Assembly (NCBI RefSeq): GCF_001194135.2
Contig: NC_068990.1
Span: 55,727,527 to 55,782,501 of the forward strand
Direction: 5' to 3'
Length of the DNA: 54,975 bases
Source: Octopus bimaculoides
Taxonomy: Eukaryota
In this document: piece after piece, positions 1 to 13,057 of the stretch
How the letters are laid out: each line of letters begins with the position of its first letter
Position numbering within the stretch: position 1 is the first letter of the stretch
Notes under the pieces: model-generated
Seen by the model: the letters and a program-made list of their open reading frames with translations, nothing else
Told to the model about the DNA's origin: nothing
The model's database searches: none
Program-made: the position numbers and the translations under genes

Positions 1-119
1 TATATATATATATATATATATATACATATGCACATTTTATATACATATATATATACTCCACACACACATATATTTATATATACATATATCGGTACCTTGT
101 TGTACCATTCTTATGAATT

Positions 120-166
<47 letters not shown>

Positions 167-639
167 CACACATATAAATATTTATGTATATTTGAAATGT
201 ATGTAATATATGTGTATATTGATGTGTGCATACACACAAACACACCTACACACACATATATACATACACACGCACACATTTGCATCTCTTTGCCTTTCTC
301 CCTCTATGTATATTTTTGTTTGTATCTGTGTGTGTGTGTGTGTGCTTGTGTGCAAGTGTGTTTGATAGTGTGTGTGATGGGTGTGCAATGATATGAATAT
401 GTGTTTGTCTGTAATATACCTACCAATATAAACATGATTTATTTTTCAGAAAATGAAACGTTTAACTGCAGATAAAATGTCAGGCAGATGCAAAATGGCA
501 AAAAGATCTAAATTTGTTTACTTCTATGATCTATCAATTGATATAAATAAAATGGGAAGTTGAAAAATCAAGAATTCTTTTAGTTTCAGCATATCGTTTA
601 GAATGTTATTGATTAAGTTATTGGAAAAACCTATTTCTG

Positions 640-825
640 TTGCGCCTATAATGTGACCTGCCTAAACATGGTGGTTCTGTCTACTAGAAACTGCAGCCAA
701 ATTTCTGCTCATTCATACGTTATAGTTTGATTATAGTGTAGAAAAATGATGCCTTAAAAACAATGGTAGGATGGTCGAGGTTGGAAGGCTTTTAAGCATG
801 TATTCTCTTAATCAGAGCCTCAACT
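640..825 (+). mobile_element. SINE family C fragment (diverged)
   Basis: Contains ctagaaactgcagccaaattt and ggatggtcgaggttggaaggctttt, degenerate versions of motifs in other copies at 9.6-10.0, 19.8, 21.7 and 31.4 kb. Confidence 0.55.
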
Positions 826-1159
826 TCTGTTTCTTTCATGAATGATAACAAAAAGAGCTTCTATGTGGTCAGTCAATTTGCCAGAAATAACTCTTGAATA
901 CCTCTTAATACACACACACAAACACGCACACACACACACACACACACATTTATATATGTATGTATATATATATATTTATATATATATATTTATATATATA
1001 CTCATACATGCACACACGTGCATACACATATGCATACACACAAAACATATATACATGTTTTTTTTGAGAATATATGAATACCTTAAAGATAAATCTTGGT
1101 GATACACGTGTGTATGTGCACATACGCACACACACACACACATTTGTATATGCCTAATA

Positions 1160-1403
1160 TATATTATTTACATTATTTACATTTGACGGATATTTGTCCT
1201 CATCTTGTTTGTTGTTAACACAATGTTTCGGCTGAAATACCCTCCAGCCTTCTTCAGGTGTCTTGGGGAAATTTCAAACCTGGGTTCTCATTCCTAAGGT
1301 ATTTTTCGATGTTATTATTATTATTATTATTATTCAGGTCACTACCTGGAATCGAACTTGGAATCTTGGGGTTAGTAGCCTGCGCTCTTAACCACTACGC
1401 CAT
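1160..1403 (-). mobile_element. tRNA-headed SINE with a hammerhead-ribozyme-bearing 3' tail
   Basis: Minus strand: head 1403-1335 with A-box tggcgtagtgg and B-box gttcgattcc (tRNA-Arg-like aagattccaagttcgattccagg), a (taa)n linker, a body holding a hammerhead motif (1218-1261), then a tgtaaataa-repeat tail. Confidence 0.8.
1218..1261 (-). ncRNA. Minimal type-I hammerhead ribozyme motif (helix III decayed)
   Basis: Reverse complement: acac-CTGAAGA-a-ggctg(gagggtattt)cagcc-GAA-ACAT-t-gtgt. Helix I acac/gtgt and helix II ggctg/cagcc both pair. Helix III reads ACAT, one transition away from the palindromic ACGT. Confidence 0.7.
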
Positions 1404-1689
1404 ATGTAATGTAAATAATGTGCATAATTCCTCGTCTTTTAAATATAGAACTGCATAAGATATGTAAACATATATGTGCGTGTGTGTTTGTGTGTGAATG
1501 TGTGTGAGTGTATACGTGAACTGCCATTGCCTTTTTCTATTCATAGGGTTCTGTGACCCAATGTTTACACTTTGACATTTGTAGTCTTATGTGCTTCAAG
1601 ATTCACTGTTTCATAAAAGAAGTGTATATATATATTTGAGTGTGTGTGTGTGTGTGTATGTATTTATATATATGTGTAGGTATGTATAC

Positions 1690-1721
<32 letters not shown>

Positions 1722-1747
1722 CATGTGATATAATATACATGATTATA

Positions 1748-1800
<53 letters not shown>

Positions 1801-2387
1801 ATATATATACATATGATATATATATACATATGACTACACAGCCTGTGTAAACTTTACTGCAGCTAGAATTACCAGTCGATCACAGGTCTGATGTTACCGC
1901 CAACACACCGACTCCCCACAGGCCTGACAAAATTCCTCCTTACTGGGTGACAGTATCAATGTCAGGGTTTGGTTACTTGGAATCAGATTGGATATGACAA
2001 TGAAAGTTGGTGTGTAGGGGGGAAAATGTTTTATGAGGGTGGGGCAAGGATTGGTAGGATGGAGATGTTTGGAGTTAAATCTAGAAGCGTCCAGTAGAGT
2101 AGTTTTAGTGGTCAATAAATTGCCCGGCTTCTCATACTGGTCATTTTTGTATTCTGTTATATTCCAGATTCCTTAGCGTCATGCGATATCACCAATTTCA
2201 TGCTACTGATGCCACCAATAGTATATTACCTTGTAGGGGGTGGTGGCAGATGTCCCCCCCCCCACCACACTTTCTTTACCACTACCTCCAACAGATCAGA
2301 GCAGACCAGACCAGACCTATCCGAATTTTGCTGGAATTATGTATTTAGGTTCTCAGAGAAAGTTCCTTGGACTGTATGTAAATCATA

Positions 2388-2791
2388 GGCGCAAGCATGG
2401 CTGTGAGGTAATAAGTTTGCTTCTCAGCCACATGGTCCTGTGTTGCACCTTGGGCAAGTGTTTTCTATTATGGCCTCAGGCCGACCAAAGTTTTGTAAGT
2501 GGATCTGGTAGACAGAAACTAAAAGAAGCCCATGATATATATAAATGTGTGTGTGTGTGTGTGTGTGTGTGAGTGAGTGTTAGTGACTGTGTTTGTCTCC
2601 CACCACCACTTGACAACTGGAATTGGTGTGTTTACATCACCATAACTTAGTGGTTCAACAAATAGAAACTAATAGAATCAGTACCAAACATAAAAGAATA
2701 ATAAGCAGTGGGGTTGATTCTTTCGAGTAAGAATTCTTGAAGACGGTGGCCCCTAGCATGGCCCCAGTCTCATGACTGAAGTAAAGATGAA
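2388..2791 (+). mobile_element. SINE family A (tRNA-derived, central microsatellite), near full length
   Basis: ggcgcaagcatggctgtg...ccttgggcaagtg...gaaactaaaagaagccc-(TA/TG)n-...gccccagtctcatgactgaagtaaaga; collinear with the young copy at 48870-49395. Confidence 0.85.
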
Positions 2792-2889
2792 TCATTGCAA
2801 AAAATCTATGACAATAACAACAATGATAAACTACAAAGCTAAGCCCTATGGTCTTTGCTAATTTTGGGGCAAAGGTGGGGTGGGGTGTT

Positions 2890-3343
2890 GGCTGAAAGTA
2901 TATGTTGAGTGTATAGAGAGAAAGGGATGAAGAGAAAGGAAGAGAGAGAGAGAGGAAGAGGAAAAGGTAGAAAGAAAGAGAGGAAGAGGGAGAGGAAGAG
3001 AAAGAGAGAGAGAGAGAGGGCAGGGGAGTGAAAGAGAAAAGGAGAGAAAGAGGGAGAGGAAGAGAGAGAAAGAGAGGGAGAGGAAATGGAAGAGGAAGAG
3101 AGAGAGTATGGGAGAAAGAGAAAGGGAGAGGAAGAGAGAGAGAGAGGGCAGGGGAGAGAGAGAGAGGAAGAGGAAGAGAGAGAGGGCAGGGGAGAGAGGA
3201 AGAGGAAAAGAGGGAAAGAGAGAGAGGGAGAAAAAGAAAGGGAGATAAAGAAAACAGGAGGGAGGGAGAAAAAGGGGTGAAAGGTGGGGAGAAATAAAAA
3301 GAGAGAGAAAGTGGGAGACAGAGGAGCAGATAGACAGACAGAC

Positions 3344-3375
<32 letters not shown>

Positions 3376-3420
3376 GGAGAGAGAGAGAAAGAAAGGGAGA
3401 GATGATGGTAAATGAGGGGT
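2890..3420. repeat. (GA)n purine-rich low-complexity tract with (GATA)n
   Basis: Directly visible; explains the ORFs at 2839-3423 and 3028-3297. Confidence 0.95.
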
Positions 3421-4042
3421 CAAGAGAAGGGACTAATAGTGGGGGTGTTCTTTTGGAATGGGGCTGGAGGTGAGAGGGGAAAAGGGGTTACTAAAAGAAT
3501 AGCAAGGAGAGTGGGGGGAGTGTGGGATGTGGAGTGTGAGTGGAGATGACAATGAATAAAGGGAAGGGGCAGGCTCAGCTTTTATGTCATGTTGTATGCT
3601 AAATTGTTCTGGAGATAGCAGACTAGGTGGTGGTGGTGGTGGTGGTGGTGGTTGCAGTTGTTGNNNNNNNNNNNNNNNNNNNNNNNNNNNNNNNNNNNNN
3701 NNNNNNNNNNNNNNNNNNNNNNNNNNNNNNNNNNNNNNNNNNNNNNNNNNNNNNNNNNNNNNNNNNNNNNNNNNNNNNNNNNNNNNNNNNNNNNNNNNNN
3801 NNNNNNNNNNNNNNNNNNNNNNNNNNNNNNNNNNNNNNNNNNNNNNNNNNNNNNNNNNNNNNNNNNNNNNNNNNNNNNNNNNNNNNNNNNNNNNNNNNNN
3901 NNNNNNNNNNNNNNNNNNNNNNNNNNNNNNNNNNNNNNNNNNNNNNNNNNNNNNNNNNNNNNNNNNNNGTGTGTGTGTGTGTGTGCGGGCATGCCTGTAG
4001 TGCTTGTATGTGTGCGTGAGTGTGTGAGGGTGTGTGTGCATG

Positions 4043-4077
<35 letters not shown>

Positions 4078-4944
4078 ATGTGAGTGTATGTATATGTGTG
4101 CGTGTGAGGGTATGCGTGTGTGTGTGTGTGTGTGTGTGTAAAAGAAGAAGATAAAGAGAGGCTACTCAAAGAAAGAAAGAAAGAAAGAGAGAAAGAAAGA
4201 AGCAAAGAAACAGAAAAATGGGATGAGCAGAGATAGAAGAGAGAGGGTAGAGGAAGAGGTGAGTGGGGCCTGAGAATGCTACTAAGTACTAAATAAGGAA
4301 TTTAGACAGGGATAAAAAGAATATTCAGACTTGTAATCTTGACCTACCAGCCTCCTCCTTCAACCCAAACATTGAGTGACTGTCTTAGAAAGATTAGGGA
4401 GAAAGAAATGTTGAAAAGTGATTAAGAAGATGAAATCTTGCAATAACTACAAAGCTTGGTAGTGAAATGCTAAAAGCTTCAAGAAGAATAAGTAGTTAAT
4501 CTGATGCCTTACCTAATCAACTAAGGCATGTAAAAGGATGCCTGCTATTACTACTGTTAGCCCCTATAAGGTAGGGTATAAATAAAGGCCTTAGGCCTTA
4601 CAAGGCCAGGACAACATATGAAGGGCTAAAACAGAAGTTACTAGTAGAATTAGAGTGAAGGCAAGACGATACTATGACATAATGCAGTTTTATGTATATA
4701 TATATATATATATACACATGTACATACATACATACAAACACATATGCATATATGTGTTCACAGACACACATACACATGCACACACACATATAGTGTACTG
4801 TTCCATGATGGTAAGATCAACAAAAAATGTAATAAACATTATTTAATAAACACAATATATGCTTTTGTGTGCTACTATTAGTTTCATGGCCTAACACTGG
4901 TACACAGCACAGACTGTCTGTACTAAATCAGTCTGCAAGGTGTT

Positions 4945-4980
<36 letters not shown>

Positions 4981-4983
<3 letters not shown>

Positions 4984-5424
4984 CAGGCATGGCTGTGTGG
5001 TTAGGAAGCTTGCTTTACAACTATGTGCTTTAAGGGGTTCAATCCCATTATGTGGTACTTTGGGTAAGTGACCTCTAGCATCGATTCAGGCTGACCAAAA
5101 CCTTGTGAGCAGATTTGGTAGATGGAAACTGAAACAAGCCACTCGTGTGTGTGTGTGTGTGTGTGTGTGTATACATACATATATATGTGTGCATATGTAT
5201 ACATCTATGTGTCTGTGTGTGTCTTTGTATTTGCCTTACTCCACCATCATCATTACCACTTGACGACTGGTACTGGTTTGTTTACATCCATGCAACTTAG
5301 CAGTTTGCCAAAATATGTACCAGGCTTAAAAATTAAGTAGGGGGTTAATTCATTCAGCTAAAACCCTTGAAGGTGGTGTCCCAGCATGGCTGCAGTCCAG
5401 CGACTGAAGCAAGTAAAAGATAAA
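4981..5424 (+). mobile_element. SINE family A, near full length
   Basis: Same 5' and 3' halves separated by (GT)n/(TA)n; ends cagcatggctgcagtccagcgactgaagcaagtaaaaga. Confidence 0.85.
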
Positions 5425-6569
5425 TGATATATATACAAATGGTGTTCCCCTTGTGGTCAACTTATCATAGGGGAAACAATCCCTTCTACATTAAGTTATG
5501 TTGAGGGTGGTATGGAAGTCTGAAATTTAAATCAAAAAATAAATTGTACACATGGAATATTTCATTCTCTTACACATTATAAAGATCCTAAAATTTCTAG
5601 CTGTTGATAGATATATATATATACATATATATATGTACACAAATACACATATATACCACTATTTCAGGTACTCAAACCAGGCAAGTCTTGAAGTACTAAG
5701 GGGAGGTAAAAGCATTAAGATTTTGTCCGTTTCAAAATTCTGTTTCCTGCCTGTTAGAAGACATTGAGAGATTTGGGTTGATGCAAGCTGTTGGCATTTT
5801 GAATTTTGATTCTAAATAGTCTTAAAAATAAGTAATATGTACAACAATATTGCATAGCTACCACAAGTATAGATAACCTGCTATAATTCAATATATTAGT
5901 TTTTTAATATTTCATTTTGTATAAAATTTATTGGTGTATAATAATAAAATTGTCTAAAAAAAAAAATTATTATGCTATTGTTTTTTTTTCTTATAAAAGT
6001 TGGTGGAAAAGAACTTTGTGACCTCACATTGTGTATGTACCTCTAATTTTAATCTTGCTTTTAATGAAAGACTAAATAAAGATGTGTTTTATACACAGAA
6101 TTATGCCACAGTTTAATAACTGTTGAAAGAGAAAATTTATAAAATGAAGTTGTTTTGATGACTGGCAGCCATCAGCTAGGTACAATTCTAACTTTCTTTC
6201 TTTTTATTCTGTTTTTTTAATAATTTCTAACTGCACTTAGATTAATTTCTGAAATAGTTTCAAATCCTCTGACTATAGGTCTTATGTTGTCTATCAGAAT
6301 TAATTAATTAATTAATTACTAGAGCTATTTTAATTTCTCAATACCCCTTGCATGTGAAATACTTAGAGATTGTCATGAAAGTACTTAGTTCAAGTACTAC
6401 ACATATTTAGATCCATGAAATGACATAAAAATTAGAGAAGTTCTTTTATGAAAGTGTATGTGATGTGTTTTAGGAAATAAGACAAGTGATTAACAGACAA
6501 AATTCCAATTTCCTGGGTTGTATTGTTGACATTAATATTCAACATCATTTACATACATACATACATATA

Positions 6570-6757
6570 TTGGGGAGAATTCCCCAAAAAACAAAAGACT
6601 AAGGCAGGTGGTGTAGACAACAAACAGATGTATTAATTTAACACTTGGGAAGTGAAAAAGTCTTTAACGTTTCGAGCCTACACTCTTCCATAGAAAGGAA
6701 CACAGAAAGAAACAAGGAGAGAAAATAAAGAATGTGTAGTGGCTAGCGATCTATCAT
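6570..6757 (-). mobile_element. Penelope-like terminal-repeat fragment with a degenerate hammerhead (6661-6699)
   Basis: Homologous to 32080-32257 (gggagaat...caggtggtgta...gtcttt(a/g)acgtttcgagc). Reverse complement of 6661-6699: cttt-CTATGGA-a-gagt(gtag)gctc-GAA-ACGT-t-aaag. Confidence 0.6.
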
Positions 6758-7384
6758 ATTACTCTTTGTCTTTTACTGAGTATCTTAGACTATTTTTCAC
6801 TGAAGATGACTAATAATAAAGAAATACATCTGTTGCTTTCACCTATTGGCATTAAAGAACAAATCCATTCTAATATGCATTGCCTACATCATCCAAAATC
6901 TTTGATCAGCCAGTCTTATTGAAGTTATTTCCCTTGTCGGTTCTTTAAAATTTTTAAATGCCCTTTGAGGTAGTTTTTGTTTAATATTTCTTTGGATATT
7001 CTCAGATGACCAATGTTTTTCTATTAATTCTATTACATAGGTGCGACCAGACTTTATTTGTATTTAGTATGTAGAATGCTGTTTTAAATATTTTCTTTCA
7101 GCCATTTTGTCCATCTAAATACATACTACTATAGGAAATTTCACATTTAATCCATTCATTCACATATTCTTAAAGAAATTCAGTAAATTCTATACGATAC
7201 AATTAACTTAAAAAATAACCTAGAATTTTAAAAAACATTTTGTAAAATAACTAATTCTTTTCATGATTAATCTGGTGTGTGGCACATAACAAAAGAGATG
7301 CTGTAATTTAAACCAAAATCAATTGAAACTAGAATTTATGTATCGTGGAATCAGAAGTAGTCTTAGACAGGCTAGAATCTAAAT

Positions 7385-7579
7385 CAGTAGTTCTTAAACA
7401 TTTTAATTTCTGGGCCAGATCCAAAACCTGAATTTTTTAGGGGGCTGCCCCCAAAAAGTAAAACACAAGTAAATTAAAGAAAAATTTATTATATTTATAG
7501 AGGGGAAAACCATCAGAGGCCATTGGAAGGAGGCTTGAGGGTTGCATGCGGCCCTAGGGGCCATAGTTGAGAACTGCTG
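7385..7579. mobile_element. hAT (Buster/Charlie-type) MITE with a perfect 8-bp TSD
   Basis: TIRs cagtagttcttaa / ttgagaactgctg. Identical flanks atctaaat at 7377-7384 and 7580-7587 have the central TA typical of Buster target sites. Confidence 0.9.
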
Positions 7580-8062
7580 ATCTAAATAGTTTATATGTGT
7601 CATGAAGCTAACCAGGATTATGACCGAGGGGGTTCTCATTTATTAAAAGGGATTGACCATTTGCCAAGTAATTTGCAACAAACACGAAGTGGAGTAAATT
7701 TAATGTTTTGGTTAATTAACGTTTTGAATATAATGTTTTGATTAATCTTATGCAACAGTTCCTTGTAGCTGGACTGATAGTTTATTTTGTTAGCCTTACA
7801 AAATGTTTAAAGACAAAATTAAACTTTGCAAGATTTAATTCAAATTCAGAACATAGATAAGGATCCAAAATAAATACTACATTTTCTCTTTGACTCTAAC
7901 AACTCTAAATATTGATTTCAAATTTTGAGAGAAAGGCCAGTAATTTGGGGTTGAAGGGTTCCATACATAATCTTGTGATGCATCTGGACACATCATCAAA
8001 GATGTTTTCTGGGGGTCATTGAATGTTTTGGTTCTTTCAGCAATCAGGCACCTTCTCCTGAT

Positions 8063-8206
8063 GGACCCCAGTACTTATTCTTTTTTTAATTTAAGTTATA
8101 GTCTGGTACTTATTCTATCAGTCTCTTTCACCAAACTGCTAAGTTATGGGAATGGAAACACACCGACACCAGTTGTTAAGCGGTGGTGAGTGACAAACAC
8201 AGACAC
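8063..8206 (-). mobile_element. SINE family A, 3' half
   Basis: gaccccagtacttattc...tctatcagtctctttcaccaaactgctaagttatggg...acaccagttgttaagcggtggtg is the reverse complement of the family A 3' half. Confidence 0.75.
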
Positions 8207-8536
8207 ACACATATACACACACACACAAACGCACACATACCCAGACACACACACACATGCATGCACATACAGACACATATACAACTGCATGTATACAATA
8301 TATTTATTTCTCATTTCTAATTACATTCACTACATATCCATGTATATACTATTATATACATCATATGTATTTATATATGATATAATGTATAACTACATAT
8401 AATTACATCACACATATATTTGTAATTCATAACTATATGTGTGTGTGTGTGTGTGTGTATATATGTATTGTATGTATATATACACATATACATATATGTG
8501 TATATATATATACATACATACTTACATACACACACC

Positions 8537-8582
<46 letters not shown>

Positions 8583-8929
8583 TGTGTATGTGTGCATATG
8601 TATGTATGTATGTATGTATGTAGACTTACATAGAAGGACTGCGTGTAAAGCTTAATTGTTTGTGATTAAAATTTGTGAACAGGCAGTCTGCTGCAGAAAC
8701 CGTCATGCATCCTTGGGCAAGACATTTAACTGTATTATTCATATGCTATTGCTTGAAAAAAAATTATTCATTGTATGAGTTAGACTGGTTAAATTGATAT
8801 GACGGTAGAGTCCAAGTCCAGACCACTCTCTCCGCTTAGAGGAGGCGAGATATTGTGGTCCTTATCTTGAATAAAATACCTTAACTGACTTGCCTACAAC
8901 AGCTTCACCCCCAACAGAGCTACACCTGA

Positions 8930-8985
<56 letters not shown>

Positions 8986-9307
8986 TACAAACACACATGC
9001 GCATATACCTACATACACATACATTTGCATATGTGTATGTATTTACATGTATGTACATATGATTGTACGTATGTATAAATTATATGGTTATAAGTTTGTG
9101 TGTGTATATATATATACATACATACCTACTTTGCCTGAAGATTGTGCTAGGAAACTCAACATGATACAAATACTGTATGGTATGCTCTCATCACATGAAA
9201 CCGATAGTAGTACATAAAGACCTATATTGTGTTTATTATGTAACATTTATCTCTCTCCAGCTGGAGTGCTTTTTTTGTTGATCTTACCATCATGGAACAG
9301 CGCATTA

Positions 9308-9346
<39 letters not shown>

Positions 9347-9584
9347 TAAAAGTTATGGCAAAAGTTGGTCTTAGGGTTTTGACTGAAGGTGGAGTTTGGA
9401 GTTATGATTATATTATGATTATATGTTGAGGTGGGTACTGTGACAATGAGGGAGTTGAAGGATGTGACTGATGGTAGAAGTGGGAGTTATGTCTGAAGGT
9501 GGAAATTATGCATTATGAATGATGGTTGAAATGCGACTGATGGTAGAAATGTGATTAATGATTTTGGAGGAGCTGATAGTTGTT

Positions 9585-10065
9585 GCTGCTGCTTATTCCC
9601 TTGTGAAATAAACCTATGATCAAACGTGTTCCTGCTATGACCATCCAGTCTTTGTTTAAGGTACACTATATCTAGGAATACATTATTTCGGACAAACAGT
9701 TGTTCCTTTTTTTTAAGGAGGTAGGGTATAATGTGAAAAAGTTTTGCTGGTATTTCTAGCACTTTGAGTGAGCACGTGGAGTTACCTCCATCATCGACAT
9801 ATGGAAATAAGAGTTGCTGTTGCTACTGTTGTTTAGCCTCAGGTTAGTTGTAATCGAGTAGATCTGTGATCAAATGCTTTCCAACCGTGACCATCCTGTG
9901 TGCAAGGAACCGAAGATCACATTATCTAATGTCCTTTCTAAATACGGTAGGATGTAATTTAAGAGACATTTGACATTTTCTAATGAGGCTGGGTGTAATA
10001 TGAGGGAGATTTGACTTTTATTTCTAACAGATCAAGCGGCCACATAGAGATGTCACCTCCTCCTC
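9585..10065 (-). mobile_element. Two adjacent SINE family C copies
   Basis: The block acctatgatcaaa...gaccatcc...ggtaggg/atgtaat...tatttcta(g/a)ca...cac(g/a)t(g/a)gag occurs twice, at about 9590-9790 and 9830-10060. Confidence 0.65.
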
Positions 10066-10565
10066 TTCAAGTCTGAGGACGTGAGAGCTGTGTGTGTGGA
10101 GGAGGAGGAGAAAACAATCCCTTTACCTCGTCTTCATAACAATGATAAAGGTGGTGGGAGGAGCCTGCGCAACCACTTAATTGCCTACCATTGTAATTAA
10201 GAGATGAACTCTGAACTGCCACTGAAACAACTACCAGATCCGCCCTCCAGCCTCCACCGCATCGCCTCCCTCCAGTCTATGCGCCCATTCACAGACACCG
10301 CACACATAAATGTGTATACATACTTTCATATTTACAGACAGATTCACAGAAACACACATGTAAACAAAGTAAATAAAGACATATAAAGATATATGGTCGA
10401 ACACACACACACACACACGTATATGAAAGCTTTCACACATCGGCGTTTTCACAAACACATACAGACGCATATTGCTCGCACACGTACACACACACACGTG
10501 TGAACGCACGCAGAGAAAGAAAGAGAGAGAGATAGAGAGAGACAGAGAGAGAGAGAGAGAGAAAC

Positions 10566-10598
<33 letters not shown>

Positions 10599-11758
10599 TA
10601 GAGGGGGAGGGGCAGAGACATACATTAATAATTACACTTGCATACGTTCAAACAAATACACACATATTATTAGCTTATTCATTCAAGCATTTGCTCAATC
10701 AAGCACATATATAGTACACACGTACACGCACGCACGCGCGTACTCGTCTCACACACACAGGCACACGTTTATACATATACATGCACTCACATATGATTTA
10801 CACACGCACACACACATTACCCCTTCCGCCGTTTCTGCCTGTCTGTCTGTCACACGCTCACATACACTCATAAAATGTACACACACATGTTTATTAACCA
10901 TCTTTCACTTTCTCACCTTCTCCCTCCCTCTCTCACTATCTCTCCCACCCCTCACTCACTATCTTTCCCTCATCATATACATCCATACAACATACATACA
11001 CCTTTCATAAAATTTACACCCACACACACAAACTCGCTTATGCAAACATTATTTGAACGCATGCATGAACAAACACGTTTATTATATTCTATCATACACA
11101 TACACACACACACACACACTGATATATACACAGGTTCTATCAAACAATCATTCATAAATATGTATGCATGGATAAACACACATATGGCGATATATACATA
11201 CATATACTCATAAGTATGTGCTTACATACATATGCACACGCACACACATAATACATGCCTGAATATGTACATATACATACATGTATATTTATATCTATCT
11301 ATCTATCTATGTATATATATATATATGTATGTGTATGTATGAATGTATATGTATATATATATTATTTTATTTAAAAGAGTTCCAACTCTGTCTGTTTTCA
11401 TGTTTTATTTATATTCTTGTAAAATTAATGTGGGATATAGAATATGGAATATATAATATATAATATAAAAATGGATGGTACAATGAAATGAAGTATTGAA
11501 TGTCTTATTGAATATATGGAATATGTCTTATTGAATATATGAAATATTGAGTGTTCAATATAAAGGATTAAATATATAAATATATAAAGGCAAATACGTA
11601 TTTTCAATACCATGCGGTATTTCATCATGGCCGGTATCTGACAGACTGCATATATGCATACATATATACATATATACACGAAAATACACACATATGCATG
11701 GTCATATGTGCACATGCAATTACATATATTGTATTCACACAAACATGTATTTACATGC

Positions 11759-11803
<45 letters not shown>

Positions 11804-11866
11804 CAAACATATGTATAGTAATACACACATACACAAATGCATATGCACATAAGCACACCTGCTCAA

Positions 11867-11897
<31 letters not shown>

Positions 11898-12180
11898 CAT
11901 GCATAAACCCCATATAAACAGACATACATACATTTACTTTCAAACATGAAATATATGGAAAACAACACCAATAAAACAACAAAAAAAAAAGAACACATCA
12001 ATTAAAAGATATAAACATCCATTTCAACTTTGACGATGATTATCCTGCTCTTATGAGTTGAAAGTTATGGTTAAAAGAGCTTAACTAAGGTGCTAATGAA
12101 GTGGGGCCAATGGAGTTAAGGGTCACATGATTGCAAAACAGACATCTTGAGCTGTGTATGCACCTACCTCACATTTGCAT

Positions 12181-12211
<31 letters not shown>

Positions 12212-12773
12212 TACACACACACACACACACATACACACGCACATACACACACACACACATACACACACACACATACACGCATACACATTCATAATAGATA
12301 AAGTGAGGGAAGAAAATGATACGACCAGTAGTTAATTGTGTTTTTTATGCTAAATATAATTAATAATAGACTTCTTCTTCTTGTTTTTTGGTCAGTATTT
12401 GACAGCATGCATAGAGAAGAATCTTGGAATTATGAGACATGAAAGAAATTGTCAGATGACAATGAGATGGATGAAAAATGGGCTTTAGAACAAACACCTG
12501 TGTTTTCCATTTCGAAAAAGCATTTATCTATGTGTGTGAGAATACATATGTGTGTGCATGTGTGCGTGCACACACACACTCACACATAAATATATTTATA
12601 CATACATATATATGTGTGTGTGTGTTTGTGCATGTATATATACATAAATGATTTATATGCATGCATGTGTGTGAGTAAATATATATACACATATATACAT
12701 GTATACATGCACATATGTTTTAACTATTCTCAGTACATTTTCAACATCTATTTCCCCCCCTCTCTCTCTCTCT

Positions 12774-12816
<43 letters not shown>

Positions 12817-12963
12817 CATACACACATATATAAATATATATGTATAAATATATATATGTATAAATATATATATATATATATATATCTNNNNNNNNNNNNN
12901 NNNNNNNNNNNNNNNNNNNNNNNNNNNNNNNNNNNNNNNNNNNNNNNNNNNNNNNNNNNNNNN

Positions 12964-13014
<51 letters not shown>

Positions 13015-13057
13015 ATATAAATATATGTATATATATATTTATATATATATATATATA

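Noticed and set aside
1335-1403. tRNA gene
   Set aside because: The acceptor stem does not close and the sequence continues into a repeat body; it is a SINE head.
1860-2220. Unique-looking segment with 50-73 aa ORFs on both strands
   Set aside because: No recognisable domain or strong splice pair; probably an unclassified old repeat.
5999-6031. Short exon-like segment (GGKELCDLTL) with plausible splice sites
   Set aside because: Such matches are expected by chance in AT-rich DNA, and there is no supporting neighbour exon.
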